64,000 nt of DNA from the NCBI GenBank assembly GCA_050950825.1, contig JBMNIH010000011.1, forward strand, positions 32,001-96,000, written 5' to 3'. This document shows positions 56,738 to 64,000 of the stretch, piece by piece; the stretch's first letter is position 1; the number at the start of each line of letters is the position of its first letter. The position numbers and the translations under genes are program-made. The notes beneath the pieces were generated by a model. That model searched no databases and was not told the origin of the DNA. It saw only the letters and a list, made by a program, of their open reading frames with translations. The DNA is from Clostridia bacterium (GTDB lineage Bacteria > Bacillota > Clostridia > JAAYHZ01).

Positions 56738-59700
56738 ATGAAAAACAAGAAGCGCAACCGAAGGGAAGTTTTTAAAAGCTTAAAAAATCCGGGAGACGTT
56801 ATCCGCATAGCGGATCGAAACGAACAAATACCGACGGGGGCAGATGACCTTTTCTGCTTTGTTCTGCCGAAACCCGTCGAAAAAGAAGAAGCGAAGGCTC
56901 TTTTTCAAAGCCTTCCGGAATACCCTGTCAACAAACGATTTTACACGGGTGAAAGCCTCGATATCCAAGATACTTTTCGAATCTTTGCGGATCCTATAAG
57001 GATCCATATCCAAACCAAGTTCGTAAACAAAAAAGGCTTCGGAAAATCCTTATGCAAAAAGCATATCCTGCTTTTTGCCGTCGGTCAAAGCAGCGATGAA
57101 ATCTACAGCACGGAATTCGATTTTATGTCCGAGCAAAAAGTTCATATTACTTACGGACCTATCAGCGGTATCGGGTTTTCCCATTACCCTTTGCAAATCG
57201 ACGATGCGGACATTCAAGAAACGGATTACGGGTATGTAGGATACGTTTCTTTTCCTTGGAATCGTCTTTCCGTCGATCTTTCCGAAATCCGGTTTAACGT
57301 ATTGAGGGTCGATTGGGGTGCCCATCCCATGACCTCCTTTATCCCCGTGGCTCATTCTTCATTTGTCCACACTCCGAAATCTCCCGTCCGGGTTATGATT
57401 CTTATGCAAAACCAAGGCCGTATGGCGCCTCTACGCCCGACGGAAAACCTGACCAAGCAAAGGAGCGGCTCTTTTGTAACCATGCACCGGGTTCGCGACA
57501 GGCTTTTTCAAATATCCGGACTTGATGAAAGACAAAAAAAGAAGCTGACCCTCCTATCCCCGAAGGGTATCGAAACGGAGCTTTTAGCCGATTATACTTT
57601 TTCTGAAGGAAAAGTCGTCGCAAGCTTTCTTCTTCCCTACTTGTCCGAGGAGGGCTTGTACCGAATACGATATAATGACGAATCCGTCCTGTATTTTGAC
57701 AAACGAGACGCCGTCGAATCGATTTACAGCCGTATCGATGAGACGGATGAGCAAAGCCTTGAAAAAATATCCGTTGACATTGAAAACATAAGCGAAAAGG
57801 CGAAAAAAATGCTTCAAATCGTACCTCCCTACTCCGGGCTGGAAAACGTCCCGGATCCTAAGGATACGAGCCTTCGCCCCTATATGCTCTTTCGATACGA
57901 TTTGGATAATCCCCAAAAAATCATTTCCATTAAAACCGGGGACGCTTATCCCGACGACAATTATCCGGAGGATCATGCAACCGTTATCGACAACGGGACG
58001 GGAAAGCGGATCGAATACCCCTATTATGTATCCGAGGACGGTTTTGATTTGTACCTTACGCCCGGCCTTTGGGCAAACCAAAAAGTCTATATCTGCCGCC
58101 ATGTATCGGAGCTTGCGGACGAAGACCCGGCAGGTGCCGCCCTCGTCCTTTACAAGCTTGCATCCTGCTACAAGGACTATGCTCCCGCCGTAGACTACTA
58201 CTACATCAATTACCCGATATCAAAAGCGGCGGGTCCTCCCTACCCGTATTTCGGCGGCTTGTGGTCACGGTGGTTCTACCACGAGCCGGTTTACATGGCG
58301 GGGATTGCGGAAGCTTACGCCAAAATCAAAAAAACGGATGCCTTTGAAAAGCTCAAAGAAAAATACAACGAGGATATGGAAAACCTTATCCTCTATATGA
58401 TTAAGGACACGGTTAGCTTTATCGAATCCTACGGTATGTGTAACGGGAACATGGACCCTGCCGAATGGATCGGCCTTATACGGATCGGACAGGCCTTAAA
58501 CCGCTGCGACTATATACTGGACGTTTTGGATCGCATCCGTGAATTCATACAAGTCAACTTCATGTTCGACGGCTTTTGGAAAGAAACCACCCTGTCCTAC
58601 CACGACAACGTGGTGAAGGGACTCTTGCAAGCCTTTTCCCGGATCAACAAAGACTCGGAAAATATTTTAAAAGGGTTTCCCGTGCTGCAAAAAGCGATGG
58701 ATATAACGAGGAGGCTGGTGTATCCTAACGGGAAATTTATCCCCGTTCAAGATACCCACTTGTCCGAGATTCATGAGGTTTCGGACATCGTCTTTGAAAA
58801 CTTTCTTCTGCCTTGCTCCAAGATTGTCCGTTTAGCGGGACCCAAAGGAGAAAACCACACGCAAATCGTTTTCCTTGCGGAACCCAAATACGGTCACAAC
58901 CACTTGGATGCTCTGAGCTTCAATCTGTTTTCCCGAGGCGTGGAAATGATCCCGGACTACGGTTACACCCATACAAGCTACCGCTACTGGACCCTCAGCA
59001 CGTTAGGCCATAACACGACGGTTGTAGACGAGAAAGATTCCAAAAACCAAAGCGGCGGCAATCTTTTACAGTACGTACCGGCATCCTTCGGAACCGTAGG
59101 TCTGGTAAGAGGCGCCGACCCCTTCTGCTACGAAGAGGCTTCGGTCTACGACAGGCAAATCGTAACGGTGCCCGGCGAAAACGGGGATATCGGATATACG
59201 GTCGATATTTTCCGTGTAGAAGGCGGAAAAAGACACGAATACACGTTAAACCTTTGCTTGGATTATGACATCGTAACCTCTTGTTCCTTAAATTTGGACG
59301 GCTACAGCGAAACCCTGCTTCCGGAAGACGTCCGCTATGAAAAGCCCATGGAAGAATTATCGAAGGGCTATGCGGAAGGCCGGTACACGGCATACATGTT
59401 CGTAAAGGACGTAAAATACGGTAGTATCGAAAACCGACCTTATCTTGTCTCTTACGTCATCAAGGATAAGGAACACGAAGGAAAAGGCATTCATATCCAC
59501 GGAGTACCTTCGGAGGGTGTCCTCATGATAGGGAAAGCCCCCTCCATGAGGGATACGAGAATTTCCTTCGCTTACGATTTAAACGACCGAAAAGATAACC
59601 ATTGGTCGGATAAATTGGTCATCCGAAAGGAAGGCGACAATTTAAAATCCTCCTTTGTCCATGTGTTTGAGCCCTTCGGCAATAACGAAAAAACGGTTGT

Positions 59701-60259
59701 GAGAAAGGTTGAAAAGCTCTTAAAGGATCCGGCCGACGAAAAGGACGTATTGATAAAAATAACCTGCGAAGGTTATACGGACTACCTGTTCAGTGCATAC
59801 GATACCATGGAAATGACCTATGACGGAATCGTTTTTACCGGCTCTTTCGGATTCGTACGGATGAAAAACGAAAAAGCGGTTTTCATGCAAGTCCTCAAAG
59901 GAAGCGTAAAAACAAAGAATGCGCTGCTTTCCAAAGAAGCCTCCTACTCCGGTATCGTTGAAGAATGCCGATCTCGTAAAGAAGGCCATGGCGCAAACGG
60001 CTTTATCGTAAACGAGCCCATACCGGAAGAAAAGGACTTAAAAACCGTCATCATCCGGCACCCGGACGGTTCCGTTCACGCATACACCGTCGAAGGCATT
60101 AAAAAGCTCCAAGGAAAAACACTCGTTGATATCGGCGATACGGACCCCGGCTTTACCGTAATAAACGAAAAGCGGTCAAAAATGCAGAGCTTTCCTTTCT
60201 ATCAATGGGAAGGCGAAACGAAATATGTCATTGACGAAACAGGGTTTTTAAGGCCGTAA
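56738..60259 (+). CDS. Cytoplasmic heparinase II/III-like protein
   Basis: ETTLSYH, HNHLDALS..DYGY..TLGHNTTVVD, YTVDIFRVEGG..H; no signal peptide. Confidence 0.75.
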   Translation: MKNKKRNRREVFKSLKNPGDVIRIADRNEQIPTGADDLFCFVLPKPVEKEEAKALFQSLPEYPVNKRFYTGESLDIQDTFRIFADPIRIHIQTKFVNKKGFGKSLCKKHILLFAVGQSSDEIYSTEFDFMSEQKVHITYGPISGIGFSHYPLQIDDADIQETDYGYVGYVSFPWNRLSVDLSEIRFNVLRVDWGAHPMTSFIPVAHSSFVHTPKSPVRVMILMQNQGRMAPLRPTENLTKQRSGSFVTMHRVRDRLFQISGLDERQKKKLTLLSPKGIETELLADYTFSEGKVVASFLLPYLSEEGLYRIRYNDESVLYFDKRDAVESIYSRIDETDEQSLEKISVDIENISEKAKKMLQIVPPYSGLENVPDPKDTSLRPYMLFRYDLDNPQKIISIKTGDAYPDDNYPEDHATVIDNGTGKRIEYPYYVSEDGFDLYLTPGLWANQKVYICRHVSELADEDPAGAALVLYKLASCYKDYAPAVDYYYINYPISKAAGPPYPYFGGLWSRWFYHEPVYMAGIAEAYAKIKKTDAFEKLKEKYNEDMENLILYMIKDTVSFIESYGMCNGNMDPAEWIGLIRIGQALNRCDYILDVLDRIREFIQVNFMFDGFWKETTLSYHDNVVKGLLQAFSRINKDSENILKGFPVLQKAMDITRRLVYPNGKFIPVQDTHLSEIHEVSDIVFENFLLPCSKIVRLAGPKGENHTQIVFLAEPKYGHNHLDALSFNLFSRGVEMIPDYGYTHTSYRYWTLSTLGHNTTVVDEKDSKNQSGGNLLQYVPASFGTVGLVRGADPFCYEEASVYDRQIVTVPGENGDIGYTVDIFRVEGGKRHEYTLNLCLDYDIVTSCSLNLDGYSETLLPEDVRYEKPMEELSKGYAEGRYTAYMFVKDVKYGSIENRPYLVSYVIKDKEHEGKGIHIHGVPSEGVLMIGKAPSMRDTRISFAYDLNDRKDNHWSDKLVIRKEGDNLKSSFVHVFEPFGNNEKTVVRKVEKLLKDPADEKDVLIKITCEGYTDYLFSAYDTMEMTYDGIVFTGSFGFVRMKNEKAVFMQVLKGSVKTKNALLSKEASYSGIVEECRSRKEGHGANGFIVNEPIPEEKDLKTVIIRHPDGSVHAYTVEGIKKLQGKTLVDIGDTDPGFTVINEKRSKMQSFPFYQWEGETKYVIDETGFLRP

Positions 60260-60276
60260 AGAGGCCAAAAGGCTTG

Positions 60277-60310
60277 AAACGCCGTGTCTTACAAAGCACG
60301 GCGTTTTTTT
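60277..60310 (+). terminator. Rho-independent terminator
   Basis: AAACGCCGTG/CACGGCGTTT followed by T run. Confidence 0.85.
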
Positions 60311-60355
60311 GCTTGATTTTTTCTAAAGGATCATAAGATATTGCAAAGAAACGGA

Positions 60356-60406
60356 TTGATAAATATTTAACTATATTGTATAATGAGATTGTTAAATTAT
60401 TATCAT
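60356..60406 (+). promoter_or_regulatory. Sigma-A promoter with two Rex-like boxes
   Basis: TTGATA-17 bp-TATAAT; TTGATAA-N4-TTAACTA and TTGTTAA-N4-TTATCAT. Confidence 0.6.
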
Positions 60407-60439
60407 ATAGATATATATAACTATCGGGAGGTCTTGATT

Positions 60440-61198
60440 ATGAAACTGAAAGGAAAAGTAGCCGTTGTTACCGGTGCCAGTGCGGGTATCGGAAAAGATA
60501 TCGCGTATCAATATGCCAAAGAAGGCGCAAAGGTTTTGGCCGTGGCAAGACGAGCCGAAAGGCTCCGGGAGCTTGCGGAAAGCGCAAAAGGCTTAGAAGG
60601 CGAAATCATTCCCTTTGCCGCCGATATGACGGATAAAAACCAAGTCGTTGCCATGATTGATGAAGCGATAAAAAGATTCGGAACCATCGATATTCTCGTA
60701 AACAACGCGGGAATCATGGACGATTTCAGCCCTGCAGGCGATGCGGAGGACGATATGTGGGACAAAGTGATCAAGGTGAACTTAAGCGCTCCTTTTTATT
60801 CCACCAAGCATGCCGTCCGTCACTTTTTGCAAAACGGCGGAGGCGTGATCATTAACGTAGCCTCCATCGGCGGGCTTTGCGGTTCGAGAGCCGGCGCCGC
60901 CTATACCGCTTCGAAGCACGGTTTGGTAGGGTTAACGAAGAACACCGCTTCCATGTACGCTAACAAGGGTATCCGCTGCAACGCCATTTGCCCCGGCGGA
61001 GTCGAAACGGAAATTTTTACACAAGACTATATGCAGAACATTAACAAAGAAGGAATGAATATCGCCGTACAAGGTCCTCCCGTTCGAATGGGCAAAGGTC
61101 ATGAGATTGCATCCGTTGCGGTGTTTCTCGCAAGCGAAGATGCAAGCTATGTCAACGGACTGTGCATGGCCGTTGACGGCGGCTTGACGGCCCACTGA
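60440..61198 (+). CDS. Short-chain dehydrogenase/reductase
   Basis: TGASAGIG, NNAG, YTASK, PG; GGGAGG RBS before ATG 60440. Confidence 0.93.
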   Translation: MKLKGKVAVVTGASAGIGKDIAYQYAKEGAKVLAVARRAERLRELAESAKGLEGEIIPFAADMTDKNQVVAMIDEAIKRFGTIDILVNNAGIMDDFSPAGDAEDDMWDKVIKVNLSAPFYSTKHAVRHFLQNGGGVIINVASIGGLCGSRAGAAYTASKHGLVGLTKNTASMYANKGIRCNAICPGGVETEIFTQDYMQNINKEGMNIAVQGPPVRMGKGHEIASVAVFLASEDASYVNGLCMAVDGGLTAH

Positions 61199-61368
61199 TC
61201 TATTTGATAACTAAAATTTTATTACCCCCTTCAGAAAACAGGAGTCATTCTCCTGTTTCTTTATTTTAAGAAATTCACCATTTATCCCTTTACCGGACGA
61301 AGACTCTTTTGGGGGTGGTATAATGAACCGGAACGGAAAAGATTTTTTTAAAAAAAATGAAATTTAAA

Positions 61369-61396
61369 TGAACCTTTCCTTTGCTTCGATTGTATA
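61369..61396 (+). promoter_or_regulatory. Possible autoregulatory ECF promoter
   Basis: TGAACC-16 bp-TGTATA just upstream of the AGGAGG RBS. Confidence 0.4.
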
Positions 61397-61422
61397 TGTA
61401 TGCGAGAGGAGGCTTTAAAAGG

Positions 61423-61920
61423 TTGGTTGACGAGTACATAAAAAAATACGGGAAGCGGTTATACGGACTGTGCTTGACTCTTTGTGCTTTTTCCGACGAA
61501 GCGGATGATTTATACCAAGACACATGGTTAAAGGTATTGAAGAATATTTCTCAGTACGACGAAACCAAAGAGTTTGAGCCTTGGCTGACCAAAATTTGCG
61601 TCAATACCTACCGCAACAAATTACGAAGAATCGCCAAAGCACCCTTTTACAACCGATTTTCTGACGGGGATGAGAAGGATAGGGTTTTAGAATCCGTATC
61701 GGCGGAACATCCGAAGGACTACGGCGATTTACACAAAGCCATCGACAAGCTTCCCGAAAAGTACCGAATCACCGTTATCCTCTTCTATTTCAACGATTTG
61801 GATTTAAAATCAGTCGCTTCAACCCTTGGAATTCCCGTAGGAACGGTAAAATCCAGGTTGAACAAAGCCAAAAAACTGATAAAGGAGGAGTTGAATCGTG
61901 AACCGGATCTACAATTTTGA
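61423..61920 (+). CDS. ECF RNA polymerase sigma factor
   Basis: ADDLYQDTWLK..FEPWL.KI (region 2), GTVKSRLNKAK (region 4); TTG start after AGGAGG. Confidence 0.9.
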   Translation: MVDEYIKKYGKRLYGLCLTLCAFSDEADDLYQDTWLKVLKNISQYDETKEFEPWLTKICVNTYRNKLRRIAKAPFYNRFSDGDEKDRVLESVSAEHPKDYGDLHKAIDKLPEKYRITVILFYFNDLDLKSVASTLGIPVGTVKSRLNKAKKLIKEELNREPDLQF

Positions 61921-62173
61921 AGCAAAAGAGCCGCCCTTTTTAAATGAAAAAATGCTGCGGGAGAAAATGAAACGGCGTAAAACCCGTATCATGTCCGTTC
62001 TTTTGGCATGTGCCGGATTTCTTTCCCAATTATGCATATTGATCATCGGCTTGATTACGCTGGAGAATTTCCCGATTCTGTCCTTCTTTTGCTTTGTATA
62101 CCTCGTTGTGGCTCTTAGCGGCGGCTGCGCCGTCCTTATCGTATTTAATCGTGAAAGGAGTAAATTTGTGTAA
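61898..62173 (+). CDS. Small 2-TM protein, probable anti-sigma factor
   Basis: Overlaps the sigma gene; short cytoplasmic N-terminus plus two TM helices. Confidence 0.6.
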   Translation: MNRIYNFEAKEPPFLNEKMLREKMKRRKTRIMSVLLACAGFLSQLCILIIGLITLENFPILSFFCFVYLVVALSGGCAVLIVFNRERSKFV

Positions 62174-63084
62174 TGAATCTGTCCATCCTTGTATCCGTTA
62201 TACCTTTATCTCTTCTTTTCGCCATCCCCATACTCATAGGCGTTTACGTATACAAAGACGCCGTACAACGGGGGATGAACGGCGCTTTATGGGCTTTGGT
62301 TGTCATTTTGACTCCGGGCTTTATCGGCCTTATCATCTACCTTCTGGTTCGAAACGGGTATTCCCGCCTGCAGTGCCCTAACTGCGGCACGAAGGTTACC
62401 GAAGAGTATACCCTTTGTCCGAAATGCGGAACTACACTGAAAGCCTACTGCCCAAGCTGCCGTTTTCCCGTAGAGAGGGACTGGACGGTTTGCCCGAAAT
62501 GCGCCCAAAGCTTATCCGGATACCAAACCTCTTATACGCCTCCGGTCGAAAACAAGGATAATTCCTTAGGAAAAATCCTTTTGATTGTGATCATAACCCC
62601 CGTTTTGCTGTTCACGACGCTAATCCTGTTCTCCGTAAACTACAACCGGTCTTCCGTTCGCGTAGGCTATACCAACACGGCGTATTTGAACGAATCCCAT
62701 TATGCCGAACGTCCGGAGGTTTTAGAATGGATCGAGCAATGTAAAAAAGATCCTTCCAAAATCTACGCCCTTTATTACGAAGCTCCGGACGGAGATCAAA
62801 CGCTCACCACGTACCTGATCTATCGGCCTTTCAATGACCAATATACAGGCGTTCAAACAAAAACCGTTGAAAAACTCTTCGGCCGAAAGAAGGTGACGGT
62901 TGATTTTAATCAAAATCTATCTCATTTCCGTTACGAGAACCAATTGGTCTGTATAACGGTTTTATCAAAAAGAAGCGTGATATTCAATGTGAGAGTAGAC
63001 GGAAAGCCTGCGGATTTCGAAATCACTCCGGTCGATTACAACCCTGCATTGTTTATGATTCGTGAAAGCGCGGCGGCTGCATAA
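62173..63084 (+). CDS. Membrane protein with double zinc ribbon
   Basis: YKDA..RGM...WAL TM hairpin, four CPxC motifs, TM, extracellular domain. Confidence 0.8.
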   Translation: MNLSILVSVIPLSLLFAIPILIGVYVYKDAVQRGMNGALWALVVILTPGFIGLIIYLLVRNGYSRLQCPNCGTKVTEEYTLCPKCGTTLKAYCPSCRFPVERDWTVCPKCAQSLSGYQTSYTPPVENKDNSLGKILLIVIITPVLLFTTLILFSVNYNRSSVRVGYTNTAYLNESHYAERPEVLEWIEQCKKDPSKIYALYYEAPDGDQTLTTYLIYRPFNDQYTGVQTKTVEKLFGRKKVTVDFNQNLSHFRYENQLVCITVLSKRSVIFNVRVDGKPADFEITPVDYNPALFMIRESAAAA

Positions 63085-63370
63085 AGCCGCCTTTTCACCT
63101 ATTATGAATATTTTTTATCCCTTAGATTCACTACTATTTCCGACCCTAATAAACTTATCACCATTTATATATGGTGTTTCCTTGAGCGCTGATACAGTGA
63201 GGATTCTATCCATTACCGGAATGGATAGGATTCGCTTAATTGACTTTATTATCTACAGAATATAAATTATCAAGTAAATATCAACCTATTGTTTATTCGC
63301 AGAATTTATTGAAGCATCCCGCAAATTATTGATAAACTATATTTTATGGTGTAGTATAATATTAACAAAT

Positions 63371-63414
63371 CCCACAGGCCTCTGTCGTTGACAAGCACAC
63401 TTAGTGGGCTTTTT
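63371..63414 (+). ncRNA. Candidate leader/antitoxin-like stem-loop RNA
   Basis: TATAAT at 63355; CCCAC..TGTC-GTT-GACA..GTGGG followed by a T run, AAGGAG and a 14-codon ORF. Confidence 0.35.
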
Positions 63415-63605
63415 GCATTTAAGGAGAAAAATGCGGATATTCTTTAACGTTACGTCAAATCGATACTTTCTTTGACAGTGCTTCATTAGAAACTTTGATG
63501 CAAATATATAAAGCTTTTCAATTTTTCGTCAAGTTGATTTTGCATATTGTTCGTTATACAATGGAAAAACAATGACAGTATACATTATATAACCGGGTTG
63601 ATGAT

Positions 63606-64000
63606 ATGCTTTGCCAATTTACCATCGGAAAATTCAAATCCTTTAAAAATGAATCCGTATTGGACCTTTTTGCCGAGAATATCCGTGAGCATGAAAAAGG
63701 CTTGATTACGGATCCTTACGACGGCGAAGCTTTCTTGCCCGTCTTATCCGTTTACGGCCCCGATAAGGGAGGAAAATACGAGGTTTTCGAAGCATTCGAT
63801 TTTCTTTCCCAAAGAGTCCTGTTTCCGGATAATGAAGTCCGGTCGGATTCTCCGGTGCATTTGGAGGTCCTTTTTCGTGTGAAAGAGAGGGAGTACAAAT
63901 ATATATTTGATTACAGGCAAGCCGTTATTTCGGAAGAATGCCTGTATATGCGAGATCTTGTATCAAAAAAACCGGATATATTGTTTGAACGGATAGGAAC
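63606..64000 (+). CDS. AAA_21/AbiEii(RloA)-like ATPase, partial, degenerate Walker A
   Basis: Manual translation MLCQFTIGKFKSFKNESVLDL..LPVLSVYGPDKGGKYE..ISEECL; runs off the window. Confidence 0.7.
   Translation, partial: MLCQFTIGKFKSFKNESVLDLFAENIREHEKGLITDPYDGEAFLPVLSVYGPDKGGKYEVFEAFDFLSQRVLFPDNEVRSDSPVHLEVLFRVKEREYKYIFDYRQAVISEECLYMRDLVSKKPDILFERIG

Overview
A 64 kb chromosomal segment from a Clostridia-like Firmicute (SLH domains, near-consensus sigma-A promoters, clostridial gene families). I see no rRNA, tRNA or CRISPR array. Contents: an ABC transporter with a NarL-type two-component system, a MarR operon, metY, cell-envelope enzymes, a decaying accessory zone (about 12.4-25.4 kb) with several broken genes, ftsH, a Gram-positive glycan-utilisation cluster built around a 1752-aa heparinase II/III-like protein (a second such protein and an AGE epimerase lie at 55-60 kb), three c-di-GMP enzymes, an 830-aa beta-CASP nuclease with a repeated C-terminal module, an ISLre2 element abutting a dead IS30, and an ECF sigma operon. 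The best candidates for undescribed biology are: (1) a multi-stem RNA inside the ISLre2 3' end; (2) the extended beta-CASP nuclease; (3) the glycan cluster with non-canonical enzymes; (4) a promoter/terminator-bounded rod-shaped ncRNA at 54.7 kb; (5) an orphan antitoxin-like leader RNA at 63.4 kb; (6) a CDF-fold transporter with basic residues at its metal site, coupled to a polyprenol kinase. All family calls come from reading motifs by eye; no database searches were run.
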